A stretch of 64,000 nt of DNA from a virus, in IMG/VR virus record IMGVR_UViG_3300044832_000053, positions 1 to 64,000 of that record; one strand, 5' to 3'. Position numbers and translations under genes: made by a program. Shown here piece by piece: positions 25,449-35,121 of this stretch (its first letter is position 1; every line of letters begins with the position of its first letter). The notes below the pieces were generated by a model. The model was not told the DNA's origin. It did no database searches and saw nothing but the letters and a program-made list of their open reading frames with translations.

Positions 25449-28400
25449 TCACCTGGCCGTGTACGCGGATCGGTAGGCTGCGCCCCGCGCGGCGCTGTTG
25501 AGTGCGTCGGCCATGGCCCCGCCCGTGCGGGCCGAGCTGGCTTCCACGGTCCTGATCAGCCGGTCCAGCTTCCGCTCGATGGCATCGGTGGACAGCAGCC
25601 CGCCGGGCCCCGGCTTGCTGACCGCGTCCGCGAGCGCGAGGAACGCATCGGACTGGCCAGGGTTTAGCACGGCCTCCCGGCGGCCGGTGCCGTTCATCAT
25701 CCCGGGCTCCAGCCAGCCGCCCGTGTCGTACCAGTTGTGGGCCTGGTGGAACGCCCACGCCGAATTGGGGTCGTGGAAATTGTGGTTGAACCGGATGTAC
25801 TCCATCATCCAGCGGAGCTGCGTGTACGGGCTGGTCCGCCAGTCGGCCCCGGCACTGGCCATCTTGTTGCCGGGCAGGGCCTGGGGGATGCCATAGGCCC
25901 CGGACGACGGGTTGGAGATCAGCGGGTTCCAGCCGGATTCGGACATGACCAGGGAGTTGAACGCCGACCACTCGCCACCCCACCCGAACGAGGAGAGCAG
26001 CCTGCGGGCGAACTGCTGCACCGGGCCCTTGGCGGCTACTCCGCTGCCCGCCCCGAATCCTCCGGGCGGGGTGCCGGTCCACAGCAGGGGCAGTCCGTGC
26101 ATGGCCATGACCTGGGGTCCCATGCCTCCGCCCTGGCTGATCACCGACGCGGCATTCCTGATGATCGCCACGTGCCCGGGGTCCGGGCCGCCGGGCGGGG
26201 AGTGGTAGAAGGCCAGCCCGCCAGCCTGCGGTGATCCCCGCTTCACCCACGCTCCCTGCTCCTCCGAGGTGCGCGGGGCGTCGATCCCGAAGTGCTTGTA
26301 GATGGCCTGGACAAAGCCTGAGCAGTCTGCCCCGCCCGGGACCGTCGTGCCGCCCCAGACGTACGGGACCCTGCCGATGAAGCGCTGGGCGTAGCTCACG
26401 ATGTCAGCGCCGCTGCCGGAGACCCCGCCGAGCCCGATCAGGGTGCTTACCGCGTCCTTGATCAGCGTCTTGGGGATGTCAACCAGCAGGCTGGCCATGT
26501 CGGCCACCGCGCCGCCGGTCCCGCCGGGGATCAGGTCGGTGATCGCATTGGTCAGCGCCCTGGTGTTGCCGCTGAACACCGCAGCCATGATCCGGGCCGT
26601 GTCCGTGGCCGTGTGGACGATCCCGCCGATGATCGAGCCGATCCCGCCTCCCGGGCTGGCCTGGCCATGGGGCAGGTGAGGGTTGCCTGTCTGGCCGACA
26701 TGCCCGCCCGCCTGCATGCCCGGGATGCCCACGGCCTTGGCCCAGGCCCGGAACCCGGGGTCGCGGCTGCCCTCCTTGTGCACCACTGTCTCGCCGGACT
26801 CCAGCATGGCCAGGTGCTGGTCGCCGCCGCCGTACCCGGGCAGGTGCCCGCCCTTGGCCAGCCCGAATGGGTGAATTGGCTTGATGTTCGGGCCGCCGAC
26901 TTTGCCGGAGATCCAGTCGAAAGCGCTGATCAGCCCGTTGACCACGTGGTCGATGACCCAGGCAACCGGGACACGGACAGCATCCTTGATGGCGCTCCAT
27001 GCCCGGCCGATGCCCCGCACGGCTGAGTCGAAGATCCCGGGAATGGTGACCGTGAACAGGTCTTTTACATCATTGCCCCAGGTCTTGAGGTCCCCCCACA
27101 GGGTGTTGAACCCGCTCTTGATGGGGTTCCACAGCCTGCGGTTGGTGAACCCGATGAAGCTGTCCCACAGGCCGGGAAGGGTGTGCGTGAAGAAGTTGAG
27201 GATCTTGGCCCCGAAGTCGGTCCACAGCCAGGTCCAGAAGTCCCTCCCGATCTGGGTCATGGTATTCCAGGCGGCCCGCCAGTGGTCCCGCACGAATGCC
27301 ACGGCCATGCGGATCAGGGTCAGCCCCGGGACCAGGTACTGGCCCCAGCCGTGGGTAAGGAACTCCCAGGCGTCCTTGGCCCAGTTCCTGACGTCGTTCC
27401 AGACCTGCTTCCAGTGCGTGGACAGGTAGATGATCGCGGCCACCAGCAGGGCGATCCCGGCGATGATGCCCAGGGTGGCCGCGTTCTCCGCGATGAACGC
27501 GGCCGTGGCCGCAGCCGCGTTGGCGATCCAGGCGGTGGTCTGCGCCCAGATCGAGGCGATGGTGGTCCCGATGGCCACCATCACCTTGCGGATGTTGCCC
27601 CCGATGGTGCCCATGACCCCGCTGGCGGCGTCCTCGGCCTTGGCGCTGTCCAGGAACCCGCCCGCCAGCATGCCCAGCCCGCCGACCGTCGAGGCGATGG
27701 CCCCGCCGAACGTGCCCATGATCCCGGTGGCCTTGGAGGCAGCCGCATCGCTGTCACGGATGCCCTTGGACAGGTTGGAGATCCCGGTCGCCGCGTCCTT
27801 CCCGGTGCTGATCAGCGGGGACATCTTGGAAACCAGGCCGCCAAGTGCCAGCCCGTACAGCAGCAGCCTGGTGACGTCGGAGTTCTTGGAGATGGACAGC
27901 AGCACCGGGGAGATCTGGAGCAGGAGCTGGAGCAGCGCCTTGGAGTTTCCGACCCCCGACAGCCCGGTCAGTGACTTGCCCAGGTTGATGACCACCTCAC
28001 CGAGCTGGGTGATCAGCTTGACCGCCAGTGGGGTCTCGGTCTTGAACATGGTCATCAGCGACTGGAATCCGGTATGGCTCTGGAGGGTCTGACCCCAGGT
28101 GGCGAACTTGGCCGTGGCCCCGTCCAGCCAGGCCAGCATCTTGAGGCCCTCGGGCAGGAAGGCATGGAGCACCCCGACAAACCCCTCGAACAGGTGCCCG
28201 ACGATGCCCATGATCGATGCCAGGGCCGGTCCGCTGGCCCTGGCGAAATCGCCCATCTCCTTGGAGAAGACGGTGCCCGGGGCGATGCCGTCCTTGAGAT
28301 GCCCGATCACCATGCCCAGGGCCTTCTCTACCGGGCCGAGGAACGGCTGCATCAGCTTGAGGATTTCCGGCAGCAGCCCCAGGCCCTTGGATAGCACGGT

Positions 28401-29270
28401 GGCCACCCCGGGGGTGTTCAGCGAGATGAAATGCTTCCATTCCGCGTCGGCCGCCTTGAGCGCGGTCAGCATCCCCATCTGCGCGGTGGTCAGGTGAGCC
28501 GTGGACGCGGCCAGCGCGGCCTGGGCGGATGCGGCCTGGGCAGGCGTGGAGGCATTGGACAGCGCGGTCTGGGCAGCCGTCTGCTTGGCCATGGCGGCGG
28601 TCACGGGGCTGATCGCGCCCTTGGCCACCGCTCCGAAGACACCCAGGCCCATCAGCCCGGCGGAACCTGCTGCGGCCAGGCCGCCGCCCGCCACAAGCCC
28701 TCCCGCCAGCAGCGGTTCCCCGAGCCCGGTGGCCAGGTTCAGTGCCGCGAGCGCGCCAGCCGGGGTCTTGCTGATGGCCCCGATGCCGAGCGCGGACCCG
28801 GCCCCGCCGACCAGCCCCCTGGCCGCGTTGCCGAAGAACGATCCTGAGGGGCTATTCCCGCCCGCTGAGGCGGACTGCCTGGCGATGGAGCTGGACGTGG
28901 AGTTGCCGACCAGCGCGCCCAGGACCCCGCCGCTGGAGTTCCCGCCGCCCACGAGCTGCGCAGCCGCAGAATCGCCCAGGAGCGATCCGATGATGCCGTA
29001 CCTGCTGGACCGTGCCGACGCGGCTGCTGAGCCGCCTCCGGCCGCCCCGGGACCGCCGCCGGTCACATTGGCGCGGATGGTCATCGTGCGGTCGCGGGTG
29101 ATCTTCGCTATCTGCGCCTCGATCTGCGAGGCGTTGCCCAGCTTCGCCGTGAAGGTGACCGAGCGGGGCTTCTCGAAATCGTGGACGCGGCGCTCGGCCG
29201 TGGTCATGTCCCGGTCGAACTGCTGGAGGCTGACACGGAGCTGGGCCTCTATCGCACCGGCATCAAAGAT
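25449..29270 (-). CDS. Tape measure protein with NlpC/P60 and lytic transglycosylase domains (start uncertain: 29270 or 29207)
   Basis: Long Ala/Gly helical region with periodic Trp; PYVWGG..DCSGF..GHV; ESGWNP..AYGIPQ..QLRW..YI. Confidence 0.92.
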   Translation of the reverse strand: MFDAGAIEAQLRVSLQQFDRDMTTAERRVHDFEKPRSVTFTAKLGNASQIEAQIAKITRDRTMTIRANVTGGGPGAAGGGSAAASARSSRYGIIGSLLGDSAAAQLVGGGNSSGGVLGALVGNSTSSSIARQSASAGGNSPSGSFFGNAARGLVGGAGSALGIGAISKTPAGALAALNLATGLGEPLLAGGLVAGGGLAAAGSAGLMGLGVFGAVAKGAISPVTAAMAKQTAAQTALSNASTPAQAASAQAALAASTAHLTTAQMGMLTALKAADAEWKHFISLNTPGVATVLSKGLGLLPEILKLMQPFLGPVEKALGMVIGHLKDGIAPGTVFSKEMGDFARASGPALASIMGIVGHLFEGFVGVLHAFLPEGLKMLAWLDGATAKFATWGQTLQSHTGFQSLMTMFKTETPLAVKLITQLGEVVINLGKSLTGLSGVGNSKALLQLLLQISPVLLSISKNSDVTRLLLYGLALGGLVSKMSPLISTGKDAATGISNLSKGIRDSDAAASKATGIMGTFGGAIASTVGGLGMLAGGFLDSAKAEDAASGVMGTIGGNIRKVMVAIGTTIASIWAQTTAWIANAAAATAAFIAENAATLGIIAGIALLVAAIIYLSTHWKQVWNDVRNWAKDAWEFLTHGWGQYLVPGLTLIRMAVAFVRDHWRAAWNTMTQIGRDFWTWLWTDFGAKILNFFTHTLPGLWDSFIGFTNRRLWNPIKSGFNTLWGDLKTWGNDVKDLFTVTIPGIFDSAVRGIGRAWSAIKDAVRVPVAWVIDHVVNGLISAFDWISGKVGGPNIKPIHPFGLAKGGHLPGYGGGDQHLAMLESGETVVHKEGSRDPGFRAWAKAVGIPGMQAGGHVGQTGNPHLPHGQASPGGGIGSIIGGIVHTATDTARIMAAVFSGNTRALTNAITDLIPGGTGGAVADMASLLVDIPKTLIKDAVSTLIGLGGVSGSGADIVSYAQRFIGRVPYVWGGTTVPGGADCSGFVQAIYKHFGIDAPRTSEEQGAWVKRGSPQAGGLAFYHSPPGGPDPGHVAIIRNAASVISQGGGMGPQVMAMHGLPLLWTGTPPGGFGAGSGVAAKGPVQQFARRLLSSFGWGGEWSAFNSLVMSESGWNPLISNPSSGAYGIPQALPGNKMASAGADWRTSPYTQLRWMMEYIRFNHNFHDPNSAWAFHQAHNWYDTGGWLEPGMMNGTGRREAVLNPGQSDAFLALADAVSKPGPGGLLSTDAIERKLDRLIRTVEASSARTGGAMADALNSAARGAAYRSAYTAR

Positions 29271-29276
29271 GGCCCA

Positions 29277-29606
29277 TCACCTCCCGCTGTCCCGCTTCCG
29301 GCGCTGGGCTTCCAGCTCCTCCCGCATGGCCGTCAGGTCGATCACGCCCACCCCGGCATCGACGCCCTCGCGAACCGCCGGGCCTTCCAGGCCCATTTCG
29401 CCGGGCTCGGGCCCGGCTTCCCGGAACTCGAAGATCCCCTCGGCCTCCAGGCCCTCCAGGTATGCCTTCTGCACGTACCAGGGCTCGGCGTCCCACTGTC
29501 CCGGCGACATCCCGAAGTAGCGCCGGGCGATGTAGATGATTACCCGGCGGCTGCGCCTGGCAGGCGAATTACCTGCGCGGTCCCAGCGCCGGGCCCGGCT
29601 TCCGGG
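29277..29606 (-). CDS. Tail assembly chaperone, frameshifted C-terminal extension (GT)
   Basis: -1 frame relative to upstream chaperone, lacking a good own start; YFGMSPGQWDAEPWY. Confidence 0.65.
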   Translation of the reverse strand, partial: PGSRARRWDRAGNSPARRSRRVIIYIARRYFGMSPGQWDAEPWYVQKAYLEGLEAEGIFEFREAGPEPGEMGLEGPAVREGVDAGVGVIDLTAMREELEAQRRKRDSGR

Positions 29607-29977
29607 TTGAGTACCTCCTTGGAGATCCACTGGAAGAAACGGTTGCGGATGCGCTGCGGGAGCAGGCGGATCTCATCAGCCGTCGGTTTCCCCGAGCACA
29701 GCAGGGCATAGACGTCAGCCATCTGGTCCATCTGGGCCCGGATCTTGGCCGGGTCCAGCGAGTCGAGCGCCTCCAGGAACTTCTCCGGCCCTTCATCCCC
29801 CGTCATGCCCGGCATGTCGGTGGACGCCTGGACCTCCTTCATCAGGGACTGCATCGCCCCGGTGAATGCCTCGATCTGGTCGTCGGTGGGCTCGGGAATG
29901 GTGCCGTGCGAGGCAACGTGCGGCTCGAACGTGTAGTCGAGCGGGTCTACGACAGTTGCGGCATCGAAGCCAGCCAT
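29540..29977 (-). CDS. Tail assembly chaperone (G)
   Basis: Between major tail and tape measure genes; AGGAGG RBS. Confidence 0.8.
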   Translation of the reverse strand: MAGFDAATVVDPLDYTFEPHVASHGTIPEPTDDQIEAFTGAMQSLMKEVQASTDMPGMTGDEGPEKFLEALDSLDPAKIRAQMDQMADVYALLCSGKPTADEIRLLPQRIRNRFFQWISKEVLNPEAGPGAGTAQVIRLPGAAAG

Positions 29978-29989
29978 GTGACCTCCTGG

Positions 29990-30598
29990 TCAGCTCGTGG
30001 CGATAGCGGTCAGGTCCGTCCAGGTGATCTGGTTGTACGGGCAGACCGCGTTGAGGGTCAGGGGATAGATCCGCTGGCTGGCCGCGCGGCGGTAATCCGT
30101 CTGCACCTGGCCAGCCGAGACGAGCTGCGGGATGAACAGCACCCGGGCGAAGCCGAGCTGGTTCTTCCCGATGACCACCGCCGCCACCTGGGCGAAGTTG
30201 GTGGACAGGGTCAGCACGGACTTGCCGGGCTGGCCAGCGCCGGGCGCGGTGACCGCGACGGTGCCCGCGTTGCCCCAGGCCAGGTTGACGTTGGTCAGCG
30301 TCTCCTCGGACAGGTTCGAGGTGACGGTGAGATCGGCCGTCTGCACGGCCACGCCGACAGGGGTGGGCTGCTCCTCGATCATGATGTTGGTGGTGTGCGG
30401 GTTGAACGTCACCCGCACGCCGTCGGTGGTCGCCCCGATGTAGCCCCAGCCCAGGCCGGTCCAGGCCGAGGCCACGCCCAGGTTCTGGTCCGAGGGCATG
30501 GCGGTGCCCACGATGGCGGTGAACAGGATGCCCGTGCCGTACAGGACGTTGTTGACGTTGTAAGCGGGCGGTGTGTAGACGAGCGGGGGTCCTGCCAT
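29990..30598 (-). CDS. Major tail (tube) protein
   Basis: GWGYIGATTDGV, LSEETLTN; size and position. Confidence 0.88.
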   Translation of the reverse strand: MAGPPLVYTPPAYNVNNVLYGTGILFTAIVGTAMPSDQNLGVASAWTGLGWGYIGATTDGVRVTFNPHTTNIMIEEQPTPVGVAVQTADLTVTSNLSEETLTNVNLAWGNAGTVAVTAPGAGQPGKSVLTLSTNFAQVAAVVIGKNQLGFARVLFIPQLVSAGQVQTDYRRAASQRIYPLTLNAVCPYNQITWTDLTAIATS

Positions 30599-30602
30599 GG
30601 GT

Positions 30603-30926
30603 TCAGCCCTCCTGGATCAGTTCGACGCCCGCGTCCGCAGCCGCCTGGCTGAGAGCGGCCTGGTGATGCACGGGCACGTCGGAGAACTCGCTGGTGATGG
30701 TCACCCCGCCGTAGCTCATGGATGAGTGCGGCCCGCCTACCCTGAGCCGGACAGTCTTGCCACCCCCGGCTGCCGCCTTGAGCTGCGCGGCAGCCAGCTC
30801 CCGGTTGAGCCGCTCTACCTCGGCCAGCGGGTCCCCGGCGGCCTTGGCCGCTGCTGCCTCGTCCTTGATTGCCGCCTCGTCCCTGACCACCGGGTCAGGA
30901 GCTGGGGCCTTGTCTGCTGCTGCCAT
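30603..30926 (-). CDS. Hypothetical virion-region protein
   Basis: AAGGAG RBS. Confidence 0.65.
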   Translation of the reverse strand: MAAADKAPAPDPVVRDEAAIKDEAAAAKAAGDPLAEVERLNRELAAAQLKAAAGGGKTVRLRVGGPHSSMSYGGVTITSEFSDVPVHHQAALSQAAADAGVELIQEG

Positions 30927-30936
30927 GCCTGGCTCC

Positions 30937-31398
30937 TTATGGGGTCACGGGGACGAGTTGCATGAGGCGCACCGCGAGGGTGCCTGTTGCGGAGAAGTCG
31001 ATGCAGGTCAGGCCCACACCGGCGGCCCCGATCACACCGCCGGGGGAAGCAGTGTGGATAGCCGCGTCCTGCTGGTTGTACGCCGCCGGGGACCAGGGAC
31101 CCAGCCAGCCGTACCCGGTGGTGTTCAGCACTACCTGGACGGTGCTCCACAGCACGGGCTGCCCGGCAGCCTTGTCACCTACCAGGTAGCTGGCTGTGCA
31201 GGCGGTCGCGCCGTTGTAGTACCAGAGCCACAGCAGGCCGTTGTTGGAGAACTGGACACCTGTGGCCGCGCCCGCCCAGGCCGTGGCGAAGGTGGTGCCC
31301 ACGGCTGCGGCGTCGATGCCGGTGGCAGGCGCGGTAGGGAATGTCCCGCCGACCACTGAGTTGAGGGTGACCGGCTGGATGATGGTCCGAGCAGCCAT
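30937..31398 (-). CDS. Putative virion structural protein
   Basis: QFSNNG..L...NG, GPW...YNQ. Confidence 0.65.
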   Translation of the reverse strand: MAARTIIQPVTLNSVVGGTFPTAPATGIDAAAVGTTFATAWAGAATGVQFSNNGLLWLWYYNGATACTASYLVGDKAAGQPVLWSTVQVVLNTTGYGWLGPWSPAAYNQQDAAIHTASPGGVIGAAGVGLTCIDFSATGTLAVRLMQLVPVTP

Positions 31399-31402
31399 GG
31401 GT

Positions 31403-31828
31403 TCAGACTCCCGTCGTCATGGTGTAGTCGCACGTGTACTCCCAGCGCAGGGCATCATCGGGCCCCGAGCCGAGAGGGGACGGGCCGCTGCCGAACCGGC
31501 TGATCAGGACGATCTTCACGCCGTCAACCAGGGCCGGGTACAGCGCGCTGTAGATGAGGAAATCGAGCTTCTCGGCGGCCAGCTCGGCGGAGAACTGGTC
31601 GTTCTGGCCGCCCCGGACGCGGGCCTGGAAGTTGCTGGCGTCTGCGGCTCCGTCCAGCACGTATCCAGGCCCGCCGGCCCCGGTGATGAACACGGCCTTG
31701 TCGGGGCTGCGCTCGATGAACGGGCCTGGGAACAGCGGGAAACCCAGTTCCTGCCGGTCATCCCAGCCCTGCCCGGCGATGAAGTCCATGATCACCTGGG
31801 TCTGCGCTACCAGTGGCATGCTCATCAC
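31403..31828 (-). CDS. Tail terminator / tail completion protein
   Basis: GPG...FQARVRG...A...A; RWEYTCDY; position. Confidence 0.75.
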   Translation of the reverse strand: MMSMPLVAQTQVIMDFIAGQGWDDRQELGFPLFPGPFIERSPDKAVFITGAGGPGYVLDGAADASNFQARVRGGQNDQFSAELAAEKLDFLIYSALYPALVDGVKIVLISRFGSGPSPLGSGPDDALRWEYTCDYTMTTGV

Positions 31829-32331
31829 GGCCTCCGGGGAGGCGGCTTGGTGTTATGCATGACGTGCCACCAGATCCAGCCCAGGAGCTGCGGGGGCATG
31901 GGCCGCAGCCGGGACTTGGCCGCCAGCTCGGCCTCGGTCAGGCGGCGCACGTGAGGCTCGCGGTCAAAGATGACCCGCTCGCCCAGCCGCACGCTCGGGT
32001 GCCCGCTTTTGCGCAGGTCCCCGAACTCCACCGGGGCGTGGGTGGCGACCCCCCCGTTCCCGGCCAGGTCTTCCACGGCGTGGATCATCTCGCCCTGCCC
32101 GCCGTCGTCTAGGGCGGTGCGGGCGATGTGGGCCAGGTAGCTGCGGAAATTGTGCAGCAGCGGGGCGGTGAGGTACTTGGCCTGGCCGCCCCGGGGGTGA
32201 TGCAGGTCCAGGCCCTCGTGCTGGTAGTGCGCGTAGACCTGGTCCACGATCACGCTGCCCACCAGCCAGCCGCTGGCGCTGCCGGTCTTACGGCGCAGCT
32301 CCTCCATCCGCCGCTCGAAGATCCCGCTCAT
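31825..32331 (-). CDS. Neck / tail completion protein
   Basis: YAHYQHE..HHPRGGQAKYL, APVEFGDLRKSG. Confidence 0.7.
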   Translation of the reverse strand: MSGIFERRMEELRRKTGSASGWLVGSVIVDQVYAHYQHEGLDLHHPRGGQAKYLTAPLLHNFRSYLAHIARTALDDGGQGEMIHAVEDLAGNGGVATHAPVEFGDLRKSGHPSVRLGERVIFDREPHVRRLTEAELAAKSRLRPMPPQLLGWIWWHVMHNTKPPPRRP

Positions 32332-32840
32332 GCGAAGTCCGGCCCGAGCCCGGAGATCAGGCTCTGGTTCTCGCCAGCCACCTCGCGCCGCCCGGTGAAC
32401 GGGTCGTAGAAGGTGTTCGAGTCGTCGTCGGAGAACACGCCCGGGATGCGGTTGATGACCCGCCCGGATTCCAGCACCGCTCCGCCAGTTTGCGGGTCCA
32501 GGCGCACCTTGCCGTCGCGGACGTCGTTGAGCACCTTCATGGCGTCCATGTACGCCAGCCGCACCGGGTCATCAGCGCCCAGCGGCTTGCCCTTGAGGTA
32601 GGTCAGCGTGGCGTAGTAGCAGGCCAGGGACAGGGCCAGGTCCGACACCAGCGGAGGGACCGGGATGGTGAGATCAGCCGAGTCGTAGACCGTGCCCGCA
32701 TAGGCGGACACCATGTCGCTGCCCCGCACCGTGGCCTGGACGAGCTGGGCATCGCTGAGCTGGGCGGCCGTGCCCGTGCCCGCATCCGTCCCGCCCAGGG
32801 CGTTGCGGATGTCTGCTGGCAGGCAGTAGGGCGCGACCAT
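32328..32840 (-). CDS. Head-tail adaptor (Mu gp36/DUF1320-like)
   Basis: YC..ADI, VPPLV..LA..LACY, Y.DAM..L..V.DG. Confidence 0.8.
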   Translation of the reverse strand: MVAPYCLPADIRNALGGTDAGTGTAAQLSDAQLVQATVRGSDMVSAYAGTVYDSADLTIPVPPLVSDLALSLACYYATLTYLKGKPLGADDPVRLAYMDAMKVLNDVRDGKVRLDPQTGGAVLESGRVINRIPGVFSDDDSNTFYDPFTGRREVAGENQSLISGLGPDFA

Positions 32841-33121
32841 CAGTTGCTGAGCCCGTCCCTTCCGACCACATCAGCCGCCGTGGCGGCCCGCAGGTTAGCC
32901 GTGCCGATCGCGTTCTCCAGCGCCGAGCCGACCGCGACGTCCAGCAGCGAGCCCTTCTTCCAGAGCGCGCCGGGGACCGTGTAGTTGGTGCCGGTCACGC
33001 CAGCCGCGCCGACCACGGTGGTGGTGGTCTTCCCCCCGTTGCCGACACCGGACGTGGTGTCCTGGACGACCGTCCCCGACGGGGGAATCGTGACGTCGCT
33101 GGTGACCACCCGCAGGGTCAT
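32840..33121 (-). CDS. Small virion-region protein
   Basis: GAGGAG RBS; similar to 35632-35859. Confidence 0.65.
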   Translation of the reverse strand: MTLRVVTSDVTIPPSGTVVQDTTSGVGNGGKTTTTVVGAAGVTGTNYTVPGALWKKGSLLDVAVGSALENAIGTANLRAATAADVVGRDGLSN

Positions 33122-33131
33122 GGCGCTCTCC

Positions 33132-33305
33132 TCAGTTGCTGACCGACGCGCCGGACAGGCCGGGCATGCCCCCGACAGAATGGACGGTCTCGGTGACCGG
33201 GGTGGTTTCCTCATCGCCCATGCGGATGCTGTCCGTGCCCTCATCCGGGACTGCTGCCCCGTCCCCGGCCGGGGCCGCGTCCTTGCTGGCTGGCTTGGTG
33301 GCCAT
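33132..33305 (-). CDS. Small hypothetical protein (MATKPASK...ASVSN)
   Basis: Fills the gap in the operon; hand-translated. Confidence 0.5.
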   Translation of the reverse strand: MATKPASKDAAPAGDGAAVPDEGTDSIRMGDEETTPVTETVHSVGGMPGLSGASVSN

Positions 33306-33308
33306 GGG

Positions 33309-33752
33309 TCATCCCCCTGTCAGGTTGGGCGAGAGCGGGTACTGGGCCTGGACCTGCTCAGTCCCGTACCCGGCGGCCACCGTGGCCCCGTAGGTCAGGG
33401 CGAAGGCGAGCTGGCCGAACGTGGCCCCGGTGAGGTGGGCCTTGAGCGCGGCGGAGACCGGGATGTTGGTGCCGGTCGCGCCCGCGCCGACGGTCAGGAT
33501 CTCCGCCAGGGCCCCGGTGTCGTACAGCACCTGCATGCCAGCCGTGAAGCTTGCGCCGCCCGCTGCCACCGTGATCGCGGTGCCGCCGAGTGCCAGCAGC
33601 GCGGTCGCCGCGCCAGTGGGTGCCTGGGTGGCGAGTGTCGAGCTGAACGAGCAGCCCGAGCACTGCCCCAGGGTGCCGGTGAGGTTGACGAACATCCTGG
33701 TCACCCGGCAGCGCGGGCATACCAGGTTCAGGCTGACCGGGATGAACACCAT
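33309..33752 (-). CDS. Hypothetical protein with N-terminal Zn ribbon
   Basis: CPRC...CSGC; GGAGG RBS. Confidence 0.65.
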   Translation of the reverse strand: MVFIPVSLNLVCPRCRVTRMFVNLTGTLGQCSGCSFSSTLATQAPTGAATALLALGGTAITVAAGGASFTAGMQVLYDTGALAEILTVGAGATGTNIPVSAALKAHLTGATFGQLAFALTYGATVAAGYGTEQVQAQYPLSPNLTGG

Positions 33753-33755
33753 GGC

Positions 33756-34193
33756 CTACCTCCGGCGGGTCGCGGGACCGCGCGTGGGCGGGATGTCGAT
33801 CGCGTCTGACAGCTCACTGCGCGGATGCGGGTCATTGGCCTCCGGCGCGCGGTTGGCGCGGGCACCCTGGAGTGCGCCCACCCGCTCCAGGATCTCCGGC
33901 TGGGACACGATCAGCTCCGAACTGCCATCCGGGTCCGGCCGTGCCGGGACCCCGCCCACAGCGAAGGTCTCGGCCCGGGGCCGGTCGTTGTAGAGCATCC
34001 GGCCGGTCAGCCTGGGCATGGGCTCGCCCGCCTGGGCAGCCTTCCGCAGCACAGGGACACGGTGGCGGCGGTTGATCGCCTCGGCGTCCGCGTCGGGATA
34101 CTCGAACGTCTCGCCCGCGAAGACCAGGTCGGTCTGCTTGTCCGGCCCCTTCTGCGGGATCGAGATGTTGTTCATCGCCTGCCACTTGCTCAC
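33756..34193 (-). CDS. Hypothetical protein downstream of capsid gene
   Basis: Operon position; codon bias. Confidence 0.65.
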   Translation of the reverse strand: MSKWQAMNNISIPQKGPDKQTDLVFAGETFEYPDADAEAINRRHRVPVLRKAAQAGEPMPRLTGRMLYNDRPRAETFAVGGVPARPDPDGSSELIVSQPEILERVGALQGARANRAPEANDPHPRSELSDAIDIPPTRGPATRRR

Positions 34194-34196
34194 GGC

Positions 34197-35108
34197 TCAC
34201 ACCCCCGAGAGCAGGCAGATGGACAGCGGCTGGTCCAGGCCGATGGCGCTGGCCCGCTGCGTGTCGGAGCGGAAGGTCTTCTTGGGCTCGTCGCGGTACA
34301 GCGGGCCCGCCATGAACGGCAGCTCGTCGGCGTAAAAGCCGCAGCGCTTGCGCTGCATGATGATCGCGTTGCCCGCCGGGAGCTGGCGGGAGACCATCAC
34401 GTCCAGGTTGAAGATCTTGTTCGGCAGGACCCCGGTGTACTGGAGGTTCTCCGACGCGATGTCACCGATGTACGGCGCGGCGAACGTGCTGCTCTGGAGC
34501 AGGGTGTTCTTCGTGCCGTGGTTGATGATCAGCGTGTCGGCCTCGAAGCCCAGCCACTGCGTGATACCCAGCGGGCTCACGATATTGGCGTTCTCCACGA
34601 GGAAAACGCCTTGTGCCAGGTCGGCCCGGATGGTAGCGGCGGCGCTGGCCCAGGCGTTGGCCACCGAGAGGGTCTGGATCGAGGCGTTCGCGATCACCGC
34701 CGAGAAGAAGGCGGTGTTCCACGAGTAGACCATCGTGTTCTTGACCTGGAGCAACTGCCGGGTCACGGGGTCGATGGACTGCCTGCGGCGCATCTCGTCG
34801 GAGACCATGATCGCCATGGCCCGCTCATGGGTGAACACCACCCGGGGGATGCCGAGGCTGGTCGGCACGACGGGGACCTCACCGAACTCGGGACGGATCT
34901 CGGGGAAGTCGTCCGCGTACAGAGGCGTGCTCTCGCTGTAGCGCACGGCACCGCTGGTCGCGGCCCCGCCATCGCGCAGCACCGAGTCCACGATGAACTC
35001 GTTCTCCGTCATGTCGAGGATCAGCGCCGGGATGACCAGCGGGTCCTTGAGCAGCTCGCTGACAGTGATCCGTGGGGAATCACTGACGCTGGTTGCCGTG
35101 GTGGGCAT
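34197..35108 (-). CDS. Major capsid protein (HK97 fold)
   Basis: SGAVRY, EFGEVP, VSDEMRRR, DQP; follows scaffold and decoration genes. Confidence 0.9.
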   Translation of the reverse strand: MPTTATSVSDSPRITVSELLKDPLVIPALILDMTENEFIVDSVLRDGGAATSGAVRYSESTPLYADDFPEIRPEFGEVPVVPTSLGIPRVVFTHERAMAIMVSDEMRRRQSIDPVTRQLLQVKNTMVYSWNTAFFSAVIANASIQTLSVANAWASAAATIRADLAQGVFLVENANIVSPLGITQWLGFEADTLIINHGTKNTLLQSSTFAAPYIGDIASENLQYTGVLPNKIFNLDVMVSRQLPAGNAIIMQRKRCGFYADELPFMAGPLYRDEPKKTFRSDTQRASAIGLDQPLSICLLSGV

Positions 35109-35121
35109 CGGTCACGTCCTC

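Noticed and set aside
33753-33758. In-frame TAG between adjacent genes as stop-codon reassignment
   Set aside because: Downstream gene has its own RBS and ATG, and conserved genes are not interrupted under the standard code
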